In this document: positions 14,034 through 28,586 of the stretch, piece after piece
How positions within the stretch are numbered: the stretch's first letter is position 1
How the letters are laid out: the number at the start of each line of letters is the position of its first letter
Source of the DNA: Schmidtea nova
Taxonomy: Eukaryota
Direction of reading: 5' to 3'
Length of the DNA stretch: 64,000 nt
Assembly (NCBI GenBank): GCA_044892505.1
Contig: CM097884.1
Location: 99,758,001-99,822,000, forward strand
Notes under the pieces: generated by a model
The model's input: the letters and a program-made list of their open reading frames with translations, nothing else
Told to the model about the DNA's origin: nothing
Databases searched by the model: none
Position numbers and translations under genes: made by a program

Positions 14034-15960
14034 CTATTTAGAGTTAATTTTTGGGTGTTTGTCTCTAATGTGAATAGCTTCTTTAAGTCTGAGATTTTTT
14101 TCGTCGTTTTCGCTTGTCAATTTTCTCACTGATATTAATTTTTCTTTATTTTCTGTCTGACATTGGTGAAGATGTGTATATACAGATGACTTTCCACTAG
14201 GATCAAGATGTTCTTTAATTCTCTGATGCAAAGTCCGAAGGGTGCTTCCGATGTAAATTTCTTCGCATTTATTATACACGATGCTATAGACTTGCAAAAG
14301 CATATTTTCTTTGGTATTTGGCAATTTTCTATCTTACATGTATTTTCCTTTCTCCTGTTGTTCGCTAGGGCTTGCCTTAATATCTTAGATTATGTGCCAT
14401 CCGAATCGGAAGACCAGTGAGATTAAGTATTTTTGATGATCATAAAATCTATTCAGTCATTGATGAAAGGAATTCGAAGGTAAAAATATTTTTTTTTAAT
14501 TTTGTAGGTCTTTCTGCCTTCCCTGGTTTAATTTTATTTTGTTATTCTCGTTAATATTATGATATCCCTTACGATGCGGGACTTCAGTAAGTATTGTTTG
14601 TTGTGCTGAATTGTCCTCTTCCCTTGTGCATCGATTAGCTATCCTGTCTCTCATTTTTATTGACGTTTACCTTATGCAGACGAGGAAGTGCTGATCTTCG
14701 GTGCATAAATATTTCTTTGTGGGCTGATTATCTGTAGAACCCGTACGTTGATGTGTATGAGTTTATTTTTTTCCTCAGATCTAATAGTTCAGGGGATCCG
14801 TCTTCTTTCGGGTATTCAATCTCAAATTTTATGTCATAGTGTGCCCCATTGAAAATACGAAATATTTCTTCGGCTTCCATTTTGCAATTTGTCGTGAAGA
14901 AGATATCATCTACATCTCTTGCGTATATACCAATAGTATTTGGATTTTTAGTATTTGTTGTTCGAGATAATCCATGAATATAATCGCTAGTATGGCTGAT
15001 ATACTAGAGCCCATTGGCAGACTCTCACTTGTTGGTATACTTTCTGTTCAAATGTAAAGTAGGTGTTTGTGAGAATCACAATTAGCAGTTCAATGATGTC
15101 TTTTGTCTGCATCTCATTTATTATAAGTTTATATTTTTTTAACTTCCTTTCTTAACAATCTATAGTATCTTTAGGATGGATAGAGGTATATAGGGATACC
15201 ACATCGAGGTTAAAGGGATAATTGAATTTTGCATGGGTGTTTTTATCTGTTTTATTCAATTTTGACATAAGACAATCTCTGCTTTGAAGATGGTGTGGTA
15301 CTCGGTTCAGCAGTGGTTTTAGAACTTTGGAGAAAAGCCAACTCACATTGGTTGTTGGACCATTTTGTATTGGATACAATTGGTCTAATCTTGATCGCGG
15401 GACTTTATTTGTGGGTTTTAAATTAACAGTAAATTAACAGGTTTAAGTTTTTTGTTATGAAGCTTTTGATTGAACTTTCTTTGACACCTCTTTTCCTGCC
15501 GATTATTTTGAATACTTTGTTAATCTTTCCTTCAATCGTGTTTGCTGATATGCGTTTCTTCTCTTTATATATATTTGTGTCGTTAAGGTGTTCAAAAGCT
15601 GCTTCACAATAACGGCTTTTCTCAATTATGCAAAATTCGCCTCCTTTGTCACTTGGTAAGTAGATGTTTGGTTTGAGTTTAAGAGATTTCTAAGTAGCCT
15701 GCTCATAGGTCGATAAGTTTGAGTTGCATGGTTTCATTTTCGCTTTTCTATAATACATACAATTTTGTTACAAACTTTTGACAGAGTCGAATCAAGTTCT
15801 GTATTAGGATAGGGAGTGTACAGTCTATCCGTGTTTGTGTAGACAGAGAACTTATTCTGGTTATCGGTCTCAGATGTGTGATCATACCATTTGATTTGAT
15901 ATGATAATCGACAAATGGCGGCTTTGACATCAAGTACAATTTCATCAGTAATTTTGCGGT
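14034..15960 (-). mobile_element. Penelope-like retroelement (RT + GIY-YIG), decayed
   Basis: GIY-YIG fragment VYSIVYNKCEEIYIGSTLRTLHQRIKEH (14034..14324). RT fragments LDVVSLYTSIHPKDTID (15152..15379) and LPMGSSI. Confidence 0.85.
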
Positions 15961-16264
15961 TTAAACTGAATTTTGGACCGAGTGGTAGTAATCCTTTGTC
16001 ACTGTTGGTAAGGCTATTTGTGAGATCGGTTACTAGTCCACCTTTATCATTATTAATGGATATATTCTAGTCTTATTTTTTTATGTACGTGTNNNNNNNN
16101 NNNNNNNNNNNNNNNNNNNNNNNNNNNNNNNNNNNNNNNNNNNNNNNNNNNNNNNNNNNNNNNNNNNNNNNNNNNNNNNNNNNNNNNNNNNNNNNNNNNN
16201 NNNNNNNNNNNNNNNNNNNNNNNNNNNNNNNNNNNNNNNNNNNNNNNNNNNNNNNNNATTTATA

Positions 16265-17551
16265 CGTGGTGCGGTCAAAATGTTTCCGGCCTAACCTACT
16301 TAACAAATTTATTTTTTAATGGAAATAGGTTTATTTTATTGGAAATTTATTGACAATTTCATGTTGAAAATCTTATTGACCCAATACATTTACTTTTTCT
16401 GTCGCAGATGGAAATGTTGTTGCAAGTGCATTCGCTGGAAAAAATTGAGTATCGCTGTGCTATTCGCTTTTGTGTTCTTCTCGGCCAAACCAACCAGGAA
16501 ATCATGGCAAATCTGAATCGAGTCTATGGCGAAAAGTGTCCCTCTCAGTCTACCATCAAGTTTTGGATTGCTGAATTTAAACGGGGTCGGCAAAGTGTGT
16601 CAGATGAGGAACGAGAGGGTTGACCAACGACTTCGAGAAATGAAGATGTGAAGGAAAAATTGGAGAAAATGGTACTGGAAGATCGCCGTATAACTACCAG
16701 GCAGCTGGAAGAATCCCTACAAATATCACACGGCACCGTAGTGCAATTATTGAAAGACCTTAACTTCAACAAGGTAGTGTCTCGCTTTGTGCCTCGCTTT
16801 TTGACAACTGAGATGTGCAATAACCGAAAGAATGCGTGTCTCATGAACATCGCCATTTACCGCAAGTATGGAGAAAGATTTATCCAAAACATCCTCAGTG
16901 TTGATGAGACACCGTTGCCTCTACATCAGCCTGAATCAAAGCGGGAGTCTATGGAATGGAGAAAGCCGGAAGAAGGAAAAGTTTGGAAGTCTCGTTCCGG
17001 AATGTCCCACAGACGGGAACTCATGTTGACTGTGTTTTGGAGTCATAAGGGAGTGATCCTCACCGACTTTCTTTCGGACAATCAGCGGAGAATATTACGG
17101 TAATCTCTTTGAGCAAGCTCGTAGAAAGTGCCGAAAACCATATGGTCTTCCTCACTGGTTTCAACATGACAATGCACCAGTTCACACCAGCCACATTGCC
17201 CAAGCAAAACTCAATGACTGTGGCTTCGAGATCATTAGCCACCCTCCATACAGCCCTGATTTGGCTCCCTCAGATTACTGCCTATTTAAAGAATTGAAGA
17301 AGCAACTGCGGGGACAGTATTTCATGGATGCAGGCGATTTAGAGGAGGCTGTAAATCGGATTTTTGACCAGCTTCCACCCTCATTTTACCATGGGGCATT
17401 CGAAGCCCTCCCTGGTCGTTGGCAGAAGTGTGTTGATGCCGGAGGTAATTGGTTCGAGAAGTAATGGTATTGGTGTTGATAAAAATATAGTTGTGGTTTC
17501 TTACTTTTACTTTTTTCTGGGGTAGGCCGGAAACTTTTTGACCGCACCACG
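16265..17551 (+). mobile_element. mariner element, full length (1287 bp), with disrupted transposase
   Basis: TIR CGTGGTGCGGTCAAAA(T/A)GTTTCCGGCCTA at both ends with TA TSDs. Transposase 16408-17464 has a premature TGA and a frameshift. Motifs FVPRFLT, SVDET, HDNAPVH, YSPDLAPSD. Confidence 0.95.
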
Positions 17552-20500
17552 TATTCTATCTATATTTTTTTCTTTAGGATTTTGTTATTTAATATAATAT
17601 TTATATAATATTTTTTTAACGACAAATTTTTACCAGTAGAGAAGAACTAATTTCTATGAACAACATAAATTTTCAGGAACAATTTTGCACCATTTGAACG
17701 TATTAACAATGTATCAGCCTATCTATTGTATTTTTCTTTCGAAAAATAAAATGTAATCGTAAGTGCTATTTTAATTTGTGGTGCTTCTCAATTAAACTCT
17801 CATGCATAATTTCCCCTTAAATTTCATAGATGCGGCCTTATTTGTGAGAGCAATGAGGTTGACTCTCAGAGTTATGCGAGCGCGGTGAGACATACTTAGA
17901 TAAATTTAATTCAGGGTTGAGTTAATTTTTGTCGTTAAAAAAATATTCTCTCGATAAACTAACGCTGCTACAACTGATTTGACATCAGTATATATACTGA
18001 TTTGGTTCGTCGAATCAGCGAATCAGATTCGACCTACAGCTTATTTATTTTAATTTATATTATTTCCGTTTGGTATTTACGTTCGCTGGCTCGGGGTTCA
18101 ACCAATTAATCAATCAAAAGTAACTTTTATTTTTCTTTATTTTATAATTCGTTGATTTTTATTTTAGATTCTTCCCTTTCCTGTCGGCTCTCGGATGTTC
18201 CATAATGGTTTGATAAATGGGTAATTTTTATTGTTTATTCTTAGTTTTATTCTATTTATTTTAGATTATCTTTCGTTTTTAACTTTATAGGTTAATTATT
18301 GTTTGTATTTTTATCTCTTAATTTTGAATTAATTTGTCAGTTTTAGGTGAATTGGTCAACCCAACAAAGATAAATAATAATTTTTCAAATAATTTGGGTT
18401 AATATGTACCGAAGATGAACTTCTGTTGGAAGGTGTAATTCAAATACAATAAGGCATAGAGGATGAAGATCTTAATGAACAGCTGTCTGTCAAATCTGAT
18501 TCTAATCCTCACAGTAAAGAATTTCAGTCTATCATGTTGTAATATCGTGGTATCTTTAATAAAAATCAGTTTTATTTATTTTGTTTTTTTTCAGTTTTTA
18601 GATGTCATGCTCTTTCTAAATTATTTTAATGACAGAATCTTTTATCTAACTTGAGATATAATATTTAATATGCGTCTTATATTTGAATCACCTGTAATCC
18701 AAAAAAAGTCATCTAAATAATTTTTTGTATCAACACTCATTTCGCCTTATAGCCGGAGATATGCGGTAATTGTTATTTAATATAAGAATATATTTAAGAA
18801 TATATAAATATTAACTTTAAAGATTAATTTTGTAAAATATTTTTAAAATAGTATTTTCAAATTAACATTTTAAATGTGTATTATTAAAAGTTAAATATTC
18901 TATAAATTTCAAAATAATAAATTTAGTATGTTAATATGAATTGAATGTATGATGAATCGAATCTGTCCTTCTGAAAATATCAATAGTTGACATTTAAAAA
19001 ACTCGAAAAATATTAGTTGTTTAAATAATATTGTGAGAAAGAAATTGTTTTTGAATTGAAATATATTTTGTTAATTTATGGATATCATAAATACGAGATT
19101 CACGGTAACTAGTAAGCAACATAAAATATATTTAGTAATTATCTAAAAGTTACATGTTGAATTCAAAACTGAACATTTAAAACGCAAAATATAAATACGG
19201 AATTATCAGAAAAATCTCAGTCAGTTTTGTCAGTAGTTATTTCTTCAAAAATTATTAAATAAATAATAAGTTTGGTATATATTTTGAGATTTACTAAGAA
19301 AAGGAAGGTATGGTAATTAAAGTTGAATTTCATTTAAATAGAAGAGTCTTTGGTTTTTTCAATAATGCAAATATTATATAATTATAACTGCTAACGCATT
19401 ATTGTTTTATAAAATCCAATATTTCATTGTTTATATACTGTTAAAAACGGTATCTTACTACGGGACATTGGAAGAATTATATTATTTTGTGATCTGATTT
19501 CAAATCTCAGAAAAGAAACAGTAAGGGTTATCAAGTACTTTCCTTAAAATCAAATAATTTTGAGTGAAAACTTGGATATAGAAAATATTGTGGTAACCCG
19601 CACTTTTCGGGTAATCAATTATCTGTACTTATTCCCTGGTGTCTCATTTTGTTGGTGGGGGCAAATGGCTGGTAAGTCAAGTTCCTCGTGATAAATATGT
19701 ACATTATATGTATATTTATTGTTGTAATTAATATGTATAGTAAATTTCATTTTAGCAATTGTATTATTTCCAACTTGAGTATTTTTGATTTCATTAGCGT
19801 TATTACTTTTCACCTAGCCTTAATATGCTAAATATTATGCTCCAAAGATCTCATATGCAGTTTTGACTACACCGGAAATTGATAAACAACAATATGCTCC
19901 ACAATTCTTTGTCCCACCAACAAATAAGACCCACCACAAAATAAATAATGACTTATGATAACCGGTGAATCCTTAACGAGAAAGTAACATGATTGACAGA
20001 TATATTGTTTTAGGCGCTCCATATAGTAAACATCAATCTTGAAGAAATCTTTGATGAATTACTTGGTTATTTATATATATATATATATATGGAAAATATT
20101 AAGACTTGTTTTATTCTACAGTCTTCGCAAAAAAGTAGTAAGTTATTAATTTTGTTGAGTTTATGGGTTGTTGGTGAAATGGTGAAAGTTACCAATCAAA
20201 TATCTGATTTCCAAGCGTGCCTTTTAATGACCCACAGTATAACAATTTCAATGACACAAACTTTATTGGTTATCACTCTGAATTACATGATTCAGAAAAT
20301 CACGATCAATTCAACACCTCTTTAGGCAAGTATACGAGCTTGTTACGACACTTCGTGAAGAATTGCTCTATTGTAAAACGTCCAGAAAACAACAACTACT
20401 AACCACTGATTTGGATTTAAATAGAGGTAATGGGTTTCGATTGTTTCCGCGCTTTGACTTTATACTTTATCAATATTCTTTGGCTTTTTAAATTCTCGTC

Positions 20501-22228
20501 TGCTTAGCTTGTTTTCTCTTTGCAACACAATTTTTATTTCTGCAACTGATTCAATCAATAAATTTCTTTTCGTATATCAAATTTCTCCTTTTGCGTTTCA
20601 CTTAAATTTTTATTTTTCACTTCTGTTCAAATTTCAAGTTTCTCTTTATCAACTTCAATTTCTCGAACAAATTCTGTCTGATTTTTGTCTCTCACAACTT
20701 CTGTCCCACACTTCAGTTTAAAAATATTCTGCTCCCTTCTGCTGTTCTTCTTCTTTTTATATCTCGTCAAATTTTATGGCACTAGAAATTGTTTTGTATT
20801 TTGCATTTAGATTCCCGTACATCTTGTGTATTTTCTCCAATTCCCGTTTTATCTATGACAGCTGTCTAGATTATTTTCGATTTCACTTCTTCCTTATTTA
20901 GCTGACTTTTCTTTGCACTCCTGTTTTCTGACAAGCTGTCATAGTTTTATTTTCCTACCTGTTTTTGATTTCTTGTTTGATCTCTTTTGTTTGTTCTCTA
21001 CTTCTCATTTTCCAATTTTTGGCTGTCTTTTTCTTTTCCGGACTCCAAAATATCACATTATTTGTCTAATGAATTTCCCCCTAAATAATTTTATTATTTA
21101 TATATTATTTTATATTTTAGATGTCTTCAACAATTTTTAAAAAAAATGCTCCTTATTCCACAAACACAAATATTTATATTTCAATATATTAGAAAGAAAA
21201 TATTGTCAAGACAAAATATGGGAAATTATTCGACCAAATAAATATAATTGTTGATTAGTAATAAAGTTCATTAATAAATGCAGAAAAATTAATTGAGAAA
21301 ATTAAAAAATATGTCATTTGACTTGAATTCAACTGTTCATTAAAATATATTGTATTCATTTAAACAAAAACAAAATTAAATCCTTATAAAAAGTTATTTT
21401 CTGCTAATTTATCAACTCGTCTTTCATTTCAGTTGATTAACTTGAAGAAGAAGAACCGAATCTTTCAGCCATATCTAATTATTGTTAAATTAGTTTCCTT
21501 CTTAGCCAGTAACAATTACTAAGACACCGATTAAAACAAACAAGTTTAATTTAAATCTAGCTTTAGGTTTATTTTGTTTTTTTCGAAATTATAAATAATT
21601 TTTGTTGATTTTTGAAAATCAAAAATATATCAAATATAATCTGGATTTATTATTAAATATCCATTTCTTTTGTTTTAATATCTACATAATTGATTGCCGC
21701 GAAATTAGAAACGATTTATTTTTTTCCTTTTAATTATGTTTATTCAAATATCAAATGAAATGAATAAGTTTAATTTCAATCCTTTTCTAATTTAATTTTG
21801 TCTTTTTCAAATTTATAAATAATTTTTGTTGATTTTTGAAAAATTGAAAAATAAATTAAAAATATAATCTTGATTAATGATAAATATTATTTCTTTTGTT
21901 TTAAAATCTACATTACTGATTGCTGTGTAGAAATTATTTTTATTTTTAGTTTTATTTATTTTAATTCAAATTAAGAATGAATCAAATAAGTTTAATTTCA
22001 ATTTTTATTTTTTTTATTCTGTTTATTTAGAATTTATTAATAATTTTTTTTGTTTTAAAATCTGCATAAGAGCTATTCGAAGTGGTGGTCCGTAAAAGGC
22101 GCCAAAAAATTACATATCAAAATAATATCGACTTTAATAACAGATGAAACTTAATTTTTTATTACTACATCAAAACATGTTAATACGACTTGACTATCGT
22201 AAATAAACAATAAACAATTAAAGGCTTA

Positions 22229-23529
22229 TGTGGTGCGTTCAATAAGTACCCGACCTGACGAAGAAAACGAATTCCAAAATGGGCCATTTTTATAACACAA
22301 CAAGCTTAACGTATGTAGGCATCATTTTTCAACATAATGTCCATTTCGCTCCACACACTTCCGCCAACGAATAATCAACTCAGAAAACGCATTTTTGAAG
22401 AAATCTCGGGGACATGCATTGAAGAAATCTTCCACGGCAACCTTCAAATCGTCTTTGGATCCAAACTGGGTGCTTCTCAAATGCTTCTTTAGTTGTCTAA
22501 AGAGGTAAAAATCGCTTGGTGCCAAATCTGGGCTGTACGGCGGATGATCCACAAGCACTAGTCCAGCACCTTCAATTGTGGCCCGAGAAACGCCCGCTGT
22601 GTGCACTGGCGCATTGTCGTGGAGAAACCATAGTGGCGTATTCTTCTGCTTCCGTCTATTCTTTCTGGCGGTTGCCACTAGTTGGCTGTAATAGGCAGCG
22701 TTGATGGTGATGCCTTTATCCACGAAATCAATGAGAATAACACCTTTATGATCCCAGAATATGGAAAGCATCATCGCTCGCCCATGACTTGTCCCCGTTC
22801 GCATCTTCAAAGATGGCTTCTCTCCAGGAAGTTTCCACTCTGCTGACTCACGCTTTGTTTCCGGCAAATACATACTGAGTGGGGTTTCATCCTCCGTTAT
22901 TAAATTTGCCAGGAAAGTCTCACCATGTTGGTCCCACAGGTTCAAGTTGTTCTGACTGCACTCCAAGCGGTTTCGCATCATTTCACCAGTCAAGAAGCGG
23001 GGTACGAATCTGGAGCACAGTTTTCTGATACCCATGTATTTCAATTTGGCGTGGGCTGTACCAACACTGATGTTGAGCTTCGTTGACAGCATTTTCATGG
23101 TGATTCGACGCTCTTCTTGTACAAACTTCTCCAATTTTTCATCAACTGTGTCAAAAATTTCTTGTGGCCGACCTGATTTTTCTTGATCAAAAACGGAGGT
23201 GCGACCACCTTTAAGCTCTCTGACCCGATATTTAACAGTTGTCAGAGATGGGGAGTCATTTAGGTAAGTTGACTGCAAAAGATCGTAGATTTCACTGCAC
23301 GTCTTCTTTTGCAACACAAAGAACTTGATAACGCTGCGATACTCAACGTCTGAAATCATTACACCGACGAAAATTCAAAATGTCACAATAAAAATTTTAA
23401 TGCGTTTGATAAAATAAAACAATAACTGAAATCAAAACCTATATTTATTTATTTATTTACACAAAAAAAACTAAAATTTGTCATTACATTTCTTTTACCT
23501 TTGGTCGGGTACTTATTGAACGCACCACG
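22229..23529 (-). mobile_element. mariner element, full length (1301 bp), apparently intact
   Basis: TIRs (C/T)GTGGTGCGTTCAATAAGTACCCGACC with TA TSDs (22227-22228, 23530-23531). Confidence 0.97.
22322..23359 (-). CDS. mariner DD34D transposase, 345 aa, uninterrupted
   Basis: N-terminal HTH region. Catalytic TEDET, HDNAPVH and YSPDLAPSD, with 34 residues counted between D2 and D3. Confidence 0.97.
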   Translation of the reverse strand: MISDVEYRSVIKFFVLQKKTCSEIYDLLQSTYLNDSPSLTTVKYRVRELKGGRTSVFDQEKSGRPQEIFDTVDEKLEKFVQEERRITMKMLSTKLNISVGTAHAKLKYMGIRKLCSRFVPRFLTGEMMRNRLECSQNNLNLWDQHGETFLANLITEDETPLSMYLPETKRESAEWKLPGEKPSLKMRTGTSHGRAMMLSIFWDHKGVILIDFVDKGITINAAYYSQLVATARKNRRKQKNTPLWFLHDNAPVHTAGVSRATIEGAGLVLVDHPPYSPDLAPSDFYLFRQLKKHLRSTQFGSKDDLKVAVEDFFNACPRDFFKNAFSELIIRWRKCVERNGHYVEK

Positions 23530-23636
23530 TATGTTTTTTCCAAAATAAGTTTGAGTATATAGCACTAAAAGTAGCAAATCCTATGCCCAGTGCACCATAA
23601 ACCGTAGGCAGCTGGAGCTTAGTCTCAGACAACTTA

Positions 23637-24242
23637 CCGTATATACTCGCGTATAGGCCGAGTAATTTAGGATTGATTTATTTCCAGATTGATGGTTCGG
23701 CTTATACGCGAACCTACTTTTAATTTAAATAATTCTGGTTCAATAATCAATTTATATTATATTTAATGTGTTAATACCTTATTATTATTTTGTAAATTAA
23801 TATATAGAAGAAATAAAATTAGGTATATTATTATTACTTTGATTCAATAAGTTAATTTTTTTGCTTTTCGAAGTCAGTACAATGAGTTTTGGTGCCATTA
23901 AACAGTAGAGGTCATTATATAATGCCGCATTTAAACTTCAAGTAGTTAATTTTGCAATAGCGAACAACAATTGTGCAGCAGCTCAGAAATTAGGTGTTGA
24001 TGAAAATCAAGTAAGAGAATGGAAAAAGATAAAAAATAAATTAGAAACAATGCCTAGAGTAAAAAATGTTAAATTGTTAAAATTCTAAGTAAATTGCATA
24101 ATTTAAAATAAATTATATATTACCCAAAATAAAATTTTTTATAAGTCGGCTTATACGCGGGTCATCTATTTTGAACATGTTTTTGAACAAAATTTGGGGA
24201 GTCGGTTTATATGCGGGTCGGGTTATATGTGAGTATATACGG
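23637..24242 (+). mobile_element. Non-autonomous pogo/Tigger-type deletion derivative (606 bp)
   Basis: TIRs CCGTATATACTCGCGTATA / TATATGTGAGTATATACGG with TA TSDs. Remnant Brinker-type DNA-binding domain YNAAFKLQVVNFA...VDENQVREWKK at about 23880-24055. Confidence 0.85.
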
Positions 24243-25149
24243 TATTATAAGAGGCTTGCTTCAATTCACAATAGCACTTATGGCGTTCGGTCGACCATCA
24301 TATAAATACAGAGAAAATGGTGCGCCAGGCCCTGGTACCACGTAAAGAATCCTGCTTTTCTGTCACATGGAAATGTTTAACAAGCAATGATTTGTTAAAG
24401 CAATTGCGGTTAAGAAAAGAATTATTTTTATTTTAATTCAGACATCAATTTAAACAAAAAATTTTATTGTATGTCGTACTTAGATTTTATTGAGATTATA
24501 TAGAAGTTATGAATATTTTTGTGGATTTTGTAAATCATAAATAAATCAAATATAATCTGGACATATTATTATTATTATTATTAAATATCCTTTTCTTTTG
24601 TTTTAATATTTACATAATTGATTGCCGCAAACTTTGAAACTAGTTTTCTTTTATTTGATTAAGCAGACGGAAACATTTCAAGTGTTGTTAATAAATAAGC
24701 TTCTAATTCATCTAAACATTTCCGGAGATTTATTGTCATAAATAAATAAACTATCATCATATCACTGACAACTATAATCATTTTGTTCTGATTTCTTATT
24801 TCCATTATTGAATCCATTTGCAAAAATTAACCAAACTTTTTTATTATAACACATCAACGGGATTAAATAAACAAATATCACAATTATCTTTTGGTTTCAC
24901 CTTTGATCTCTTTTTTGTTTCATTCTATAATAAGGTACAAGATATTTCAGCAAAGTCTCTAATAAAGGCTGTGTCGAAATATTGTGTACTTAACAACCAA
25001 AAAAAGATTTTGATCAATAGTCTTACAAAAATTAATATGAAAATTATTGAATTAAAAAATGATAATTTTAACATTATCAGATAATATTGGTAATCAAAGT
25101 TATGCAGATGTCATGTGTAACATACCAAATATCGTTAAAAGATTTTGTG

Positions 25150-25681
25150 GGTTCTAGGACAAAATGGTATATGGACAAAATTGTACGGACAAAATGGCAC
25201 GGACAAAATGGTAGTAGGATAAATTCATATAATGGATGAAGTAGTATAGCTTTGAGTCTATTTAAATATAACAACAAGTTTTACTTTTCAGTTATAAGAA
25301 CTGTAATGGGTAATCATTCAAATACATAATTATATAATACATAATATATTACTGATAAGAAAAGGTTTGCAAGTAAGTAGGTTAGGTTGCCTCTGGCGCA
25401 TTCACTTGACAGTAATAAAAATCAATACAAAAATCTAGACTAGTAAAATAAAAATAAAAATTTTTTAGTTTAGATCGAAGGTCGTATAAACAAATTCTAG
25501 CATGGGTAAAAATTAAATAAATTATAATAATAGTAAATCTAATGGTAAATATTATTAATAAATAAACTTCGAAGTTAATAATTAATAATAGTTTTTTTTA
25601 AATAGTCTAGGGAAGATGTACCATTTTGTCAATACCATTTTGTCCGTACCATTTTGTCCTATACCATTTTATCCGGCCACC
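25150..25681. mobile_element. Mutator-like MITE
   Basis: Inverted ends built from GGACAAAATGG repeats. 9-bp TSD gattttgtg (25141-25149) / aattttgtg (25682-25690). Confidence 0.8.
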
Positions 25682-28528
25682 AATTTTGTGTCTTATATTA
25701 CTCAAAGCTTGAAGATTTATTGTGGTATGGAAAATTATGCTTATCAGTTTTTTGAGAAACAGATTTAGAGACTTTTTTATGGCGAACTTTTTAAAAAAAT
25801 TGTATTTGCTTCAGGACCCTTTACAGTTTAGTGCCGAGCTTTTATTAGATATTAATTTTTTAAGCAATGCTTTATTTAAAATAATTATTTAATAGATTAT
25901 ATTATTATAATAAAATACAAGATATACCTAAATATTAGAGATAGATAGCTTGGGAACCGCTGTATTAAAGTTGTTAATTATCTAAAACTAAATTTTGTTT
26001 TATATGCCTTTAAGTTTTTCAATGTTTTCAATTAATGATATAAAATAAATGATTATTTGTTTTGTCGAATAAAAAACACTTCCTAAAAAATTGTCATTAA
26101 TTAATAAAACTTTTAGTATGAGATGACAATTAAAATATGAGCAATTAGTGAAAAACATCAACAGAAAACATTTTTATCGAATATGTTAAATTAATTAGAG
26201 TAAAATAATTTTATGCACACCTTTTTAGTTTTTCTTTTCCTGTAATCTTTGAATTATAAAATTTTAAAAACTTTTTTAGAATTTTTTTTATCAATGATTA
26301 TGTTTAATTTAAGGGTTTTCTGCAAGGAGTCAATTTCAAAATAATTAATCAAAATAATTAATTAATTTTTAAAAATAAAAATATTTATACATTGTTTTAT
26401 ATGAATAATAGAGGTTGGTTTAAAAAAGATATATTATCATAATCTTCAATGGGGCGGATATTTTATTTTCTCAGATACGTCTCAAAATGAAAGAGGCGGA
26501 AACGTCTTCATCTTTTCTCCTTCAATTTTGCATTCTGATATTTAATGAATAAATGTTGGATTTTTAAGTTAGAATATTTTAATTAAGTTATTAATATGGA
26601 ATTTTAATTTAATTTTAATGTAGTATTATAATTATATATTAAATGTATATATTCTAATTGTCTAAATATATAAGTTAAACTTTCAACATCATCAATGATT
26701 TAGAACAAAGGATTCTTAATAATATATTTTTCAATTATTTTTTTGCTAATTTTAAATTAAATTTTTCATTCATATTTAAGCAAAGCACACAAATTAAATT
26801 TTATATTTTTTCATGAAACATTTGAGAAGGCTTGAAAATTGTTTTAATCTTCTTTTCATTCGAGTCATCAAAGATTTTCTTGATTGGACTATATTTCTGG
26901 TAACTGACAACAGATTGCATTATATAATTATGACTAGTTTTGTTCTGTTATTTATTTTCGTCATTTTTTGTGTTCAACCAATAATATTCGAACATCTGTA
27001 TTGCACATGACATTCATGATCTTTTATGTGTGTTGACCTATATGACCAATATTATGCACATGTACTGCATTTCGATTGCATTTCTATCGCAAATTATATT
27101 TAAATGCAGGTTAGAATGTTGTATTCATTGAAATACTTGGTAATAAATTACAGGTCATTAATAAAAAATTACTAGATGGATTACTTTTCCATCAAAAAAA
27201 CACTTAACTGAAAAATACTTCACAAACAATTACAGGTCATCAATAAAAATTACTAAATGGATTACTTTTCCATCAAAAAGAATTTTTATCATAGCTTTTT
27301 CTAAAGGTGTATTGAAAATATATACATTTAAAAAGACTGCGTCAAAAATTCATGTGCTAAAAAAGAAAAAATTTTGACTTGTATTCTATACAAAAATATT
27401 TGAAACTTTCTGAAATAGGAAAGAAGATATTAAAGGGGAAAAAATAAAAAATAATCATAAAAAATTTTAACTGTTGGATTTTAATTAATCAAAATTAAAT
27501 TATACAGCTATTCATATTCAAATATTCGACGATCATGCTTCACAAAAGTTGAAATAAAGAAAGCTTCTACAAAATAAAAATAGTGAATCACTTTGTACAA
27601 AATCAAAACTTCAACCAATTTTATCACAAAACAATATTAATATTCTTTTTCTGGTAATTCCTTAAATATCCTTTAATTCTTCTTTAATTTTTAAATTCTG
27701 ATTATCTTTTTTTCATTACTTTAGGCTCAATGTAAATTCTTTGAATTTTAATTCTCTACTAATTAGAAAGCGTTTGAACTTTCCATAATCAAATGATCCT
27801 TTCATAATTATCTTTTGGTTTTACTTTTGATCTTTTTTTCAATTCAATAATTTTCATAATAATTTTTCCAAGACTAGATAGAAAAAATTTTTGTTTATAA
27901 TCTTACAAAAATTAATTTGAAAATTATTGAATCAATTGATAGTTGCGCGTCACGTGTTGATATTATTAACAGTGATAAGTAAAAACTATTTTAAATATTG
28001 ATAATAATTTAAATTCAGTGTTTGATCTGATATGGTTTCAAAATCGATTTTAAATACGCATCAGATATCAGCAAAGCCAACCCTAGGTAAAAAAGGTTTT
28101 TGTTACTTTACAAATATGTGTATATTTTAATTAATTTCAGCTCGCTAAGTATCTTTATCACTGTAATTGGATAGGTAATATGTCGATTGGTTAATTGATT
28201 TATTATTTAAGTCTTCTTATAAATGATACCAATCCTTCATTGACTAAATGAAAATCAATAAGCGACCATTAAAAACAAATGACAAGTTGAGTGACACTCA
28301 AGAATTCTCGCCTTGTTAATGCTCAAAATAATAACATTATCATTACATCATTGAAATTTTTTGATGTAAAAAGCACTTAAGAAATGTTGACATTGGTTTG
28401 GCATGTTGAAGAATGAAAGTAAAATAGTAGTTTGTGAATACATTTACAAAAACAGAAACAATTATCAATATGATTGAAATGAAATTTATAATATTTTTTT
28501 TCTTGTAATCTGGATACTCAAGATTATT

Positions 28529-28586
<58 letters not shown>

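Noticed and set aside
26810-27060. Candidate second exon of the guanylate cyclase
   Set aside because: Minus-strand frames contain stops and show no HNOBA or cyclase motifs.
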